Assembly (NCBI GenBank): GCA_965277805.1
Contig: OZ255842.1
Location: 5,184,001 to 5,248,000, forward strand
Reading direction: 5' to 3'
DNA: 64,000 nucleotides
Source: Candidatus Lustribacter sp.
GTDB lineage: Bacteria > Vulcanimicrobiota > Vulcanimicrobiia > Vulcanimicrobiales > Vulcanimicrobiaceae
The position numbers were made by a program, and so were the translations under genes. Positions 36,770-45,998 of the stretch are shown here, piece by piece. A model generated the notes under the pieces. It was not told where the DNA came from and made no database searches. It was given only the letters and a program-made list of their open reading frames with translations. Position 1 is the stretch's first letter, and every line of letters begins with the position of its first letter.

Positions 36770-39700
36770 ATGCACCCCTACCTCGCCGAACTCGCGCAAC
36801 GGATCCTCGTCTTTGATGGTGCTATGGGCACCCAGATCATGGCGCGCGAGCTTCTTCCCGAGGATTACGGTGGGCCGGCGCTTCACGGCTGCAACGAGGC
36901 GATCGTTCTCAGCCGGCCCGATATCGTCGAACACGTCCATCAATCGTACCTCGAAGCGGGGGCAGACGTCCTCGAAACGGATACCTTCACCGCATCGCGG
37001 CTCAAACTCGACGAGTATCAGCTGGGCGACCGCGTCGGCGAGATCAACCGGACTGCGGTTGCGATCGCGCGCAAGTGCGTCGACCGGGGGCATTGGACCC
37101 GGCCGCGCTTCGTCGCGGGCGCGATGGGTCCGACGGGGATGCTCATCTCGTCGTCGGATCCGGCGCTCTCGAAGATCACCTTCGAAGAGCTCGCGACGCT
37201 CTATGGTGAGCAGGCTCGTCATCTCGTTGAGGGCGGCGTCGACTTGCTGCTGCTCGAGACGAGTCAGGATCTGCTCGAAATGAAGGCCGCCGTGGCCGGC
37301 ATCATGCGCCAGTTTGAAAGTGGTTTACGGCGCGTTCCGATCCAGGCGCAGGCGACGCTGGACGTGACCGGGCGGATGCTGCTCGGTACCGACATCCGCG
37401 CGGTATGTGCGACGCTCGATGCGCTTCCGATCGACGTGATCGGACTGAATTGCTCGACCGGGCCGTCGCACATGCGCGACGCCGTACGGTTTTTGTGCGA
37501 AAACTCGCGCTGCTACGTCGCCGTGATCCCCAATGCCGGACTGCCGATCATGGGGCCTAAGGGCGAGACGATCTATCCCGAAACGCCGGACGAGATGGCG
37601 ACCGAGCTGCGCGCGTTCGTCACGGATTTCGGCGTGAACGCCATCGGCGGCTGCTGCGGCACGACCGAGGCGCACATCGCCGCGTTTTCGGCGGCGGTCG
37701 ACGGGCTTCATGGCCGCAAACCTGCCGAGAAGCCTCAGCAGCTCGTCGCCAGCGCAATGACCGCAACGTTCCTCGAGCAAGAGCCCAAACCGCTTCTCGT
37801 CGGCGAACGGATCAATGCGCAGGGGTCGCGGCGGATGAAACGGCTGTTGCTTGCCGACGCTTACGATGACATCGTGCTCGTCGCGCGCGAGCAGATCGAA
37901 ATGGGCGCGCACGTGCTCGATATCTGCACGGCCATGACCGAGCGGGTCGATGAGGCCGGTCAGATGGAAACCATCGTCAAGAAGCTCGCGCAATCCGTCG
38001 AGGTCCCGGTGATGATCGACTCGACCGAGCCCGCCGTGATCGCGGCAGCGCTTCGCGCCTACCCCGGCCGGGCGATCGTCAACTCGATCAATCTTGAAAA
38101 CGGCCGCAAGCGGATCGACGACGTCATGCCGCTGGTGCGCGAGGCGGGCGCCGCAGTCGTCGCCTTGACGATCGACGAAACCGGGATGGCGAAAACGGCC
38201 GAACGCAAGGTCGAAATCGCCAAGCGCATCTACGGGATCGTTACCTCCGAGTTCGACCTGCCGCCGGGCGCGCTTATCTTCGACGCGCTGACATTCACCC
38301 TCGCGACCGGGGATGCGGAGTTTCTCGATTCAGCCGTCGCCACGATCGAAGGCATCAAGCGCATCAAGCGCGAGCTTCCCGGTGTCCTCACCTCGCTCGG
38401 CGTCAGCAACGTCAGTTTCGGGCTCAAGCCCGCCGCCCGCGCCGCACTGAACTCCGTGATGCTGCATCATTGCGTGGATGCCGGTCTCGACATCGCGCTC
38501 GTGCATCCGCAAGAGATCACGCCGTATGCCGAAATCGACGCGCTCGAGCGGGTTCTGTGCGACGATCTCGTGTTCAACCGGCGCCCCGATGCCTTGCAGC
38601 GCGTGATCGAGCACTTCGAGGTCAAAGGGCCCGCCGCAGCGGCTGAATCGACGGACGATGACGCCGATCTCCCGATCGAGGTTCGCATTCATCAAGCGAT
38701 CCTCAGGCGCCGCAAGGACGGTATCGAGGACAAGCTCGATGAGGCGTTGCGTACGCGCGATGCGGTCGACGTCATCAACAACGTTTTACTGCCGGCGATG
38801 AAAGAAGTCGGCGACAAATTCGGTTCGGGCGAACTGATCCTGCCGTTCGTGCTTCAGTCGGCTGAGGTCATGAAGAAGGCCGTTGCGCATCTCGAGCAGT
38901 TTCTCGAGAAGAAGGATGGCGCGAGTAAAGGCAAGATCGTGCTTGCGACCGTTTTCGGCGACGTGCACGACATCGGGAAAAACCTCGTGCACACGATCCT
39001 TGCCAACAACGGCTATACGGTTTTCGATCTCGGCAAACAAGTGCCGATGAACGTCATTCTGGAAAAGGCCATCGAAGTCAACGCCGACGCCATCGGCCTT
39101 TCCGCGCTCCTCGTGTCGACCTCAAAGCAGATGCCGATCTGCGTTCAAGAACAAGACTCCCGCGGCCTCACGTTTCCGGTCCTGATCGGAGGCGCGGCAA
39201 TCAACCGTGATTTTGGAAGGCGCACGGCGCTCATCGACGGCGACCGCGTCTTCGCTCCGGGGCTCTTCTACGCGAAAGACGCGTTCGAAGGTCTCGACAT
39301 CATGGAGCAACTCGTGGTGCCGGCGAAGCGCGAGCTCTTGGTCGATCAGATGCGCGGCGAAGCGCTCGCGTCGCGTGCCCGCCCGGCCGCGGAGCCGGTG
39401 GCGATATCCGGCCGCACCGCACGCGAATGGCTGACACAGGCGGATGTTCCCGAAGCTCCGTTTTTCGGCGCGCGCACGATCGCCGGTCTCGATGCGAGCG
39501 AACTTTGGGCGCACTTCGATCTCAAGAGCCTCTACCGTTTGTCGTGGGGCGGATCGAACGTAAAAGGCGCCCAATGGGAGGCCCTCGTACGGGACGAATT
39601 CGACCCGCGGCTGCAGCGCTTTCGCACGCTGGCTGAGCGCTCGGCGCTCTTAGACCCCCGGGTGGTGTATGGGTATTTCCCGGCCAGCGGCGACGGCGAA

Positions 39701-40228
39701 GATGTGGTGATCTACGATCCGGCGGACATGCGCGTGGAAATCGCGCGGTTGCGTTTCACGCGCCAAGCCGGCGGCCAGCACTTGTGCTTGGCGGACTACC
39801 TCCGCCCCGCGGGTCCGAGTCATCAGCTCGACGTCATCGCACTCCAAGTCGTAACGGTCGGATCGGCGATTTCAGGGCGCATCGATGCGATGCAGCAGAG
39901 CGGCGATTATAGCGAATCGTACTTTCTGCACGGTTTTTCCGTGCAAGCCGCTGAAGCGCTGGCCGAACACACCCATCGCCGCATTCGCAGCGAACTCGGA
40001 CTTCCCGTGGACCAGGGGAAACGGTACTCGTGGGGTTACGGCGCGTGCCCCGACCTCTCGCAGCATGAGACCGTCTGGCGTTTACTCGACGCCGAGCGAG
40101 CGATCGGGACGGAGCTGACCAGCGCCTTTCAGATCGTTCCCGAACAGTCGACCGCTGCGATCATCGTCCATCATCCAGAGGCAACGTACTTCAATGCTGC
40201 GGCCAGCCGCGAACTGGTACCGGCCTAG
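36770..40228 (+). CDS. metH: Cobalamin-dependent methionine synthase
   Basis: DGAMGT, GLNCSTGP, GGCCGT, B12 motif DVHDIGKN and PEQSTAA. Confidence 0.96.
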   Translation: MHPYLAELAQRILVFDGAMGTQIMARELLPEDYGGPALHGCNEAIVLSRPDIVEHVHQSYLEAGADVLETDTFTASRLKLDEYQLGDRVGEINRTAVAIARKCVDRGHWTRPRFVAGAMGPTGMLISSSDPALSKITFEELATLYGEQARHLVEGGVDLLLLETSQDLLEMKAAVAGIMRQFESGLRRVPIQAQATLDVTGRMLLGTDIRAVCATLDALPIDVIGLNCSTGPSHMRDAVRFLCENSRCYVAVIPNAGLPIMGPKGETIYPETPDEMATELRAFVTDFGVNAIGGCCGTTEAHIAAFSAAVDGLHGRKPAEKPQQLVASAMTATFLEQEPKPLLVGERINAQGSRRMKRLLLADAYDDIVLVAREQIEMGAHVLDICTAMTERVDEAGQMETIVKKLAQSVEVPVMIDSTEPAVIAAALRAYPGRAIVNSINLENGRKRIDDVMPLVREAGAAVVALTIDETGMAKTAERKVEIAKRIYGIVTSEFDLPPGALIFDALTFTLATGDAEFLDSAVATIEGIKRIKRELPGVLTSLGVSNVSFGLKPAARAALNSVMLHHCVDAGLDIALVHPQEITPYAEIDALERVLCDDLVFNRRPDALQRVIEHFEVKGPAAAAESTDDDADLPIEVRIHQAILRRRKDGIEDKLDEALRTRDAVDVINNVLLPAMKEVGDKFGSGELILPFVLQSAEVMKKAVAHLEQFLEKKDGASKGKIVLATVFGDVHDIGKNLVHTILANNGYTVFDLGKQVPMNVILEKAIEVNADAIGLSALLVSTSKQMPICVQEQDSRGLTFPVLIGGAAINRDFGRRTALIDGDRVFAPGLFYAKDAFEGLDIMEQLVVPAKRELLVDQMRGEALASRARPAAEPVAISGRTAREWLTQADVPEAPFFGARTIAGLDASELWAHFDLKSLYRLSWGGSNVKGAQWEALVRDEFDPRLQRFRTLAERSALLDPRVVYGYFPASGDGEDVVIYDPADMRVEIARLRFTRQAGGQHLCLADYLRPAGPSHQLDVIALQVVTVGSAISGRIDAMQQSGDYSESYFLHGFSVQAAEALAEHTHRRIRSELGLPVDQGKRYSWGYGACPDLSQHETVWRLLDAERAIGTELTSAFQIVPEQSTAAIIVHHPEATYFNAAASRELVPA

Positions 40229-40229
40229 C

Positions 40230-41114
40230 ATGCGCATCGCCGAAGCACTCCGGTCCGAGACGCCGCTGATCTCGTTCGAGTTCTTCCCGCCGAAGAGCGA
40301 CGCCGCGGCGGATGAATTGCTGGCGACGATCGCCGCGATGCGTTCGCTTCACCCCGGCTTCGTCTCGATTACTTACGGCGCGGGCGGGTCGTCACGGGAT
40401 CGCTCGCTCGATCTCACCGAACGGATCCGCGGCGAACTCGGACTTGAGGTCATGGCGCATCTCACCTGCCTCGGCAGTGGTGCCGGAGAACTGCGCACGT
40501 ATGCCGATCGGCTGGCAGCGGCGGGCGTGACGAACGTTCTGGCGTTGCGCGGCGATCCGCCTCGCGAGGCACCGCGTGCCGTTGCGGAGCCCGGCGGACT
40601 CGCGCACGCATCGGAGCTCACGGCTCTGCTCGCGAACGATTACAACTTCTGCATCGGCGGCGCGTGCTATCCCGAAACGCACCCGGAAGCGGTCGATCCG
40701 CAAACGGATCTCGAGCATCTCCGCACCAAGGTCACGGCCGGAGCGTCGTTTCTGATCACGCAACTCTTCTTCGAAAATGAGCGGTATTTCCGGTTCGTCA
40801 AGCAGGCACGTGCGGCCGGAATCAGCGTCCCGATCATCCCCGGCATCATGCCGATCACCAATTACGATCAGTTACGGCGGTTTACGACGCTGTGCGGCGC
40901 GACGATCCCGTCGCGCCTGCGCGCCGAACTCGATCGCTGCGCTTCCGACGCCGACGCCGTCGTCGACCTGGGGGTCGCGTATGCGGCACTCCAATGCGCC
41001 GATTTGCTGGCCCGCGGCGCGCCGGGGCTGCACTTCTATACGCTCAACAGATCGCCGGCGGTGCGGGCGATCGTTTCGGCCTTGCGTGCAGAAGCCGTGG
41101 TGGCCGCGGCCTAG
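40230..41114 (+). CDS. metF: 5,10-methylenetetrahydrofolate reductase
   Basis: SFEFFPPK, ITYGAGGS, LALRGD, ITQLFF and HFYTLNR. Confidence 0.96.
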   Translation: MRIAEALRSETPLISFEFFPPKSDAAADELLATIAAMRSLHPGFVSITYGAGGSSRDRSLDLTERIRGELGLEVMAHLTCLGSGAGELRTYADRLAAAGVTNVLALRGDPPREAPRAVAEPGGLAHASELTALLANDYNFCIGGACYPETHPEAVDPQTDLEHLRTKVTAGASFLITQLFFENERYFRFVKQARAAGISVPIIPGIMPITNYDQLRRFTTLCGATIPSRLRAELDRCASDADAVVDLGVAYAALQCADLLARGAPGLHFYTLNRSPAVRAIVSALRAEAVVAAA

Positions 41115-41159
41115 GGTTTGCCCTCCCCCGCGATCAAAGACGCAGTAAGGAGCTTTTTC

Positions 41160-42524
41160 ATGTATACCCCGCATACTTCGCGCGACATCGATGCGATGCT
41201 GCGCGTCGTGGGCGTTGCTTCGCTCGACGAACTCGTCCGCGTGCCGGACGCCGTCGCCGTCAAAGCTCCGATCGATCTCGTGCCGGCCCTCTCCGAGATC
41301 GAGCTTGCCGAGCGGTTCGCGGGTTTCGCCGAGCGAACGACCGCGGGGAACTACCTCTCGTTTTTGGGCGCCGGTGCCTACCGGCACTACGTTCCGCCGG
41401 TGATCGCCGCGCTCGCGATGCGCGGCGAATTTCTGACGTCGTATACGCCCTACCAAGCCGAATCCTCGCAGGGCTATCTGCAAGCGATCTATGAGTGGCA
41501 AACGTACGTCACGCTGCTCACCGGCCTCGATGTAGCGAACGCGTCGGTGTACGACGGTGCGACGGCGCTGGCCGAAGGCGTCGTGATGGCGATCAACGCC
41601 ACCGGCCGCCGGGCAGTGCTCGTCTCGAACGCCGTGCACCCGAACTATCGCGCGGTGCTGCGCACCTACGCGCGCGGGTTGGAGATCACGATCGACGAGT
41701 TGCCCTACGATGCAGCCGGGACGACCGATTTCGCGCAGCTGCAGCACCTGCTGAGCGATCAGCGCTACGCTGCGGTCGTCGTGCAGTCGCCGAATTTCTT
41801 CGGCGCGATCGACGCGCCGCCGCCGGCTGCCGTCGCTTCCGTCAAAGCGACGAAGACGTTGCTGATCGGCGTCACCGCGGAGGCGCTCGCGCTCACGGTG
41901 CTGGCGACACCGGCGTCGTGGGGTGCCGACATCGCGGTTGGCGAGGCGCAGTCGTTCGGCAACGCCGTTGCGTACGGCGGCCCGCACGTTGGTTTCATCG
42001 CTGCGACGAGCGAACAGATGCGGCGTATTCCGGGCCGCCTCGTGGGGCGCACGGTCGACAAGGATGGGCGCACGGCATACGTGTTGACGTTGCAGGCGCG
42101 CGAACAGCACATCCGGCGCGAAAAAGCGACCTCGAATATTTGTACCAACCAGGCGCACTGCGCGCTGATCGCCACGATCTATCTGGCGGCGCTAGGCAAG
42201 AGCGGCTTGCGCGACGTCGCGTCGCACAACGTCGCGCGTACGGCGGAATTGCGCGCGGCGGTCGCCGCCGTTCCGGGCTGCGACGTCGCCTTCAATGCGC
42301 CCGCGTTCAACGAGTTCGTGCTGCGCGTGCCGGGCCCGGCGAGCGGTGTGCTGGAGTCGTTGCGCGAGCACCGCATCATCGGCGGCCTCGATCTCGGCCG
42401 GTTCTATCCGGAGCTGGCCGATTGCATTCTGATGAACGCAACCGAGCTGACGACGGCGGCGCAGATCGCGCACCTTACGACGGCGCTGCGGGAAGTGGTG
42501 GGACATGCCCTCGCCCGCATTTGA
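41160..42524 (+). CDS. gcvPA: Glycine dehydrogenase subunit 1
   Basis: SYTPYQAESSQG, ASVYDGA and REQHIRREKATSNICTNQ. Confidence 0.95.
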   Translation: MYTPHTSRDIDAMLRVVGVASLDELVRVPDAVAVKAPIDLVPALSEIELAERFAGFAERTTAGNYLSFLGAGAYRHYVPPVIAALAMRGEFLTSYTPYQAESSQGYLQAIYEWQTYVTLLTGLDVANASVYDGATALAEGVVMAINATGRRAVLVSNAVHPNYRAVLRTYARGLEITIDELPYDAAGTTDFAQLQHLLSDQRYAAVVVQSPNFFGAIDAPPPAAVASVKATKTLLIGVTAEALALTVLATPASWGADIAVGEAQSFGNAVAYGGPHVGFIAATSEQMRRIPGRLVGRTVDKDGRTAYVLTLQAREQHIRREKATSNICTNQAHCALIATIYLAALGKSGLRDVASHNVARTAELRAAVAAVPGCDVAFNAPAFNEFVLRVPGPASGVLESLREHRIIGGLDLGRFYPELADCILMNATELTTAAQIAHLTTALREVVGHALARI

Positions 42525-43998
42525 CACGCCGCTGATCTTCGACGGCGGTCAGGACGGCCGGGCGAACCGTTACGTGCCGCCGGCGCCGCCGATCGCGGAT
42601 TTGCTGCCTGCGGCGTTGCTGCGCGACGATCTGCCGCTGCCCGACAACACCGAACTCGACGTCGTGCGGCACTTCACGCGCCTCTCGCAAAAAACGTTCG
42701 GGATCGATACGGTCTTCTATCCGCTCGGCTCGTGCACGATGAAATACAACCCGCGCATCAACGACGCGCTGGCGAATCTCCCGGCGCTCCGCGATCTGCA
42801 CCCGTTCGCCCCCGACGAGCTCGCGCAGGGCGCGCTCGCGATTATGTGGGAACTCGAGCGCAGCTTGGCCGCGCTGTTCGGCATGGCAGCGTTCTCACTC
42901 AACCCGGCCGCCGGCGCACACGCGGAACTCACCGCGCTGCTGATCGCAAAAGCCTACTATAAGAAGAAGGGCGACGCGCGGCGCACGACCGTGATCGTTC
43001 CGGATACGGCGCACGGCACGAACCCGGCGTCGGCCGCAATGGTCGGATACGATGTCGTCTCGCTCAAGTCCGACGAACGCGGGCGCGTCTCGGTCGACGC
43101 GATTCGCGCGGCCGCCGGACCCGATACGGCCGTCTGCATGATGACGAATCCGAACACGCTCGGCCTCTTCGAAGACCACATCCATGAGATTGCGGCGGCC
43201 GTGCACGCGGCCGGCGGGCTGATGTATTACGACGGCGCGAACGCGAACGCGCTGATGGGCAACAGCCGGCCCGGCGACATGGGCTTCGACTTGATGCACT
43301 TGAACCTGCACAAGACGTTTTCGATTCCGCACGGCGGCGGCGGCGCAGGCGCGGGGCCGATCGGCGTCGCGGCGCACCTCGTTCCGTTTCTCCCGGTGCC
43401 GATCGTACGGGCGGACAGTAGCGATGAAACGCACGGGCGGTGGCCGTCGGACGAGCTGACGTTTGCGCTCGACTTCGACCGGCCGGATGCGATCGGCACG
43501 ATGCGTTCGTTCTGGTCGAACTTCGCGCACATGGTCCGCGCGCTCGCCTACTGCTACGCGAACGGCGCGGCCGGACTCGCGCGCGTCTCGCAACTCGCGG
43601 TGTTGAATGCCAACTACATCCGGGCGTCGATTGGCGACGTGATCGACATCCCGTACGACGAGATCAACCGCCACGAGTTCGTTGCCTCCGCTCAGTCGAT
43701 CAAGCGCGAGACCGGCGTGCGCGCACTCGACATAGGTAAGGCGTTACTCGATCGCGGCTATCACGCGCCGACGGTGTACTTCCCGCTGCTCGTGCCGGAG
43801 TGCATCATGATCGAGCCGACGGAAACGGAATCAAAGGAAACGCTCGACGGCTTCATCGCTGCGTTGCGCGAAATTCTGATCGCCGCGCGCGAAACGCCGC
43901 AGGCAGTGCTCGATGCGCCGGTTACGATGCCGGTGAGCCGCGTCGATGAGACCCGCGCGGCCCGTCAGCCCGACCTGCGGTGGCATAAAAAAGGGTAG
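42505..43998 (+). CDS. gcvPB: Glycine dehydrogenase subunit 2
   Basis: YPLGSCTMKYNP, AHGTNPASA and HLNLHKTFSIPHGGGG. Confidence 0.95.
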   Translation: MPSPAFDTPLIFDGGQDGRANRYVPPAPPIADLLPAALLRDDLPLPDNTELDVVRHFTRLSQKTFGIDTVFYPLGSCTMKYNPRINDALANLPALRDLHPFAPDELAQGALAIMWELERSLAALFGMAAFSLNPAAGAHAELTALLIAKAYYKKKGDARRTTVIVPDTAHGTNPASAAMVGYDVVSLKSDERGRVSVDAIRAAAGPDTAVCMMTNPNTLGLFEDHIHEIAAAVHAAGGLMYYDGANANALMGNSRPGDMGFDLMHLNLHKTFSIPHGGGGAGAGPIGVAAHLVPFLPVPIVRADSSDETHGRWPSDELTFALDFDRPDAIGTMRSFWSNFAHMVRALAYCYANGAAGLARVSQLAVLNANYIRASIGDVIDIPYDEINRHEFVASAQSIKRETGVRALDIGKALLDRGYHAPTVYFPLLVPECIMIEPTETESKETLDGFIAALREILIAARETPQAVLDAPVTMPVSRVDETRAARQPDLRWHKKG

Positions 43999-44090
43999 TC
44001 CTGCTGACTTTCCGAGATCGATAAAGTCCTTCTTGGGAGAGGGGCGTATACTTGGAGAAGACCCCTCCGGAACGGAGCGGATTTTCGACG

Positions 44091-44585
44091 ATGCGGATCA
44101 AGTACGAAGTTTCTGCGGGCGGGCTCGTCTTGCGGCGGAATGGTGCGACCCTCGAAGCGCTCTTGATTGGGCGCGGGATGCCGCGCGTCTGGTCGCTGCC
44201 CAAGGGCCATGTCGAGGCCCGCGAGACCCACGAGCAGGCGGCCCTGCGCGAGGTCCGCGAGGAGACCGGCTGTTGGGCTGAGATCCTGATCAAGCTCTCG
44301 GACATCTCGTACTGGTTCTACCTGAACCGGACCAAGCACAAGAAATCGGTCCATTTCTATCTGATGCGCTACCTCTCGGGCGATACGGCCAACCACGACC
44401 ACGAGGTCGACGAAGCCCGGTTCTTCGAGATCAAGGCGGCGAAAAAAGTCCTCAAGTACGTCAACGAGAAGCGCCTGGTAGACCTCGGCCTGGAGTATCT
44501 GGAGCGTGAGGGCGACTCGGTCTTCGAACCGGAGGCCCAGCCTGAACTCGAACTCGAGGCGATGAGGGACTCTAGCGCATCTTGA
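44091..44585 (+). CDS. NUDIX hydrolase
   Basis: Nudix box PKGHVE...AALREVREETG. Confidence 0.9.
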   Translation: MRIKYEVSAGGLVLRRNGATLEALLIGRGMPRVWSLPKGHVEARETHEQAALREVREETGCWAEILIKLSDISYWFYLNRTKHKKSVHFYLMRYLSGDTANHDHEVDEARFFEIKAAKKVLKYVNEKRLVDLGLEYLEREGDSVFEPEAQPELELEAMRDSSAS

Positions 44586-45334
44586 CCGCCCCTGAGGTTG
44601 ACGAGCGCGCCTGCCGCGTCTCGCTCGACGTTTTCGACGGTCCGCTGGACCTGCTGCTGAACTTGGTCAAAGAGCAGCAGCTCGACATCGCGACCGTGCC
44701 GCTGGCGCTCGTGGCCGACCAGTACTTCGCATACATTTCGGCGATGGAAGTGCTCGACGTCGAGGTCGCTGCCGACTACCTGGTCATCGCGTCGACGCTG
44801 GTCTTCCTCAAGTCGAAGGCCATGCTGCCGCCGATTCCCCAAGAGTTCGAAACGAGCGAGGAATCGGCCGAGTCGGTCGAAGCCCGCCTCCGTGAGCGGC
44901 TCCTCGCCTACTCGCGCTATCGCGACGCGAGCCAAGATCTGTGGGCGCGCGCGCAAGAAGCGGCCGCCTTCTACGTGCGGCCCGAGGGCGGCGACACGTC
45001 CGCCGAACTCACCCAGCGATATAAGATCGACGCCGCCAAGCTGGCGCGCGCACTGGAAGCAGCGCTCCGTTCGGCGAAGCCTGAGGTCCGCACGATCGTC
45101 CGCGAACGGGTCTCGCTCAACGAGCAGATGGACCTGGTCATCAAGACGATGCGCCGTGAAGGCCGCGCCAGCTTCTTCGCACTCTGCGCCAATGGGGATC
45201 GCTTTACCATCATCGTCACGTTCTTAGCCGTTCTGGAACTCGTCCGCCGCGGACGACTCGTGGTCGTGCAAAACGACGCGCTCAGCGACATCGACTTGCT
45301 GCCCGCGCCGGCGGCGGAGGTCGCGCGTGGCTGA
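44582..45334 (+). CDS. scpA: Segregation and condensation protein A
   Basis: FDGPLDLLL, AADYLVIAS and FLAVLEL. Confidence 0.93.
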   Translation: MTAPEVDERACRVSLDVFDGPLDLLLNLVKEQQLDIATVPLALVADQYFAYISAMEVLDVEVAADYLVIASTLVFLKSKAMLPPIPQEFETSEESAESVEARLRERLLAYSRYRDASQDLWARAQEAAAFYVRPEGGDTSAELTQRYKIDAAKLARALEAALRSAKPEVRTIVRERVSLNEQMDLVIKTMRREGRASFFALCANGDRFTIIVTFLAVLELVRRGRLVVVQNDALSDIDLLPAPAAEVARG

Positions 45335-45998
45335 TCCCGTCCAAGAAGAGCTGATCGAAACCGGCAGCCTGCAGCGCAACATCGAAGCCGTGCTGTTCGT
45401 GGCAAGCGAACCGATCTCGATCAAGGCGCTGGCCAAGCTGACCGGCGCCGAAGAAGCCGACGTCACCGTCGCGCTGCAGCACATCGACGAAGAGTTTGCC
45501 GAGCGCGGTGTCGTGCTGCGCGAAGTCGCCGGCGGCTACCGGTTCGCGAGCGCGCCCGCGGCGCGCGCCGCGGTCGAAGCGTACTTGCTGCCGCCGAAAA
45601 CGAACCTCTCGCCCGCCGCGCTCGAGTCGCTGGCGATCGTCGCTTACAACGAACCGGTGACCAAAGCGCAGATCGAAGAGATCCGCGGCGTCAGCGCCGA
45701 CTCCGTGATCGCGACCTTGCTCGACCGGCGCTTCATCGTCGAGTCCGGCCGGCGTGAATCACCCGGACGGCCGCTGCTCTATAAAACGACCCCCGATTTT
45801 CTCGAAGCGTTCGGGCTCAATTCGCTCGACGATCTTCCGGCCGTAGACCTCGACGCGCTGCAACCGCGCGATGTGGAACTGCCGATGACCCTCACGGAGC
45901 CCCTATCAGAAACACCATCAGCAGAAACCGAAACGACACCGGAATTGCCACCGGAAACGCCACCGGACCAGGAAGCAGGAGCACTATCGCTCGCATAG
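45327..45998 (+). CDS. scpB: Segregation and condensation protein B
   Basis: IEAVLF, LESLAIVAY, IRGV, GRPLLYKTT..FL..FGL. Confidence 0.94.
   Translation: MADPVQEELIETGSLQRNIEAVLFVASEPISIKALAKLTGAEEADVTVALQHIDEEFAERGVVLREVAGGYRFASAPAARAAVEAYLLPPKTNLSPAALESLAIVAYNEPVTKAQIEEIRGVSADSVIATLLDRRFIVESGRRESPGRPLLYKTTPDFLEAFGLNSLDDLPAVDLDALQPRDVELPMTLTEPLSETPSAETETTPELPPETPPDQEAGALSLA

Noticed and set aside
44007-44029. GACTTT-N11-AAAGTC palindrome upstream of the NUDIX-scpAB operon
   Set aside because: Only 6-bp arms and a single occurrence; not distinguishable from chance
45900-45985. Imperfect 12-nt repeats (CACCGGA) in the scpB tail
   Set aside because: They encode a Pro/Glu/Thr low-complexity tail; not a CRISPR or mobile repeat
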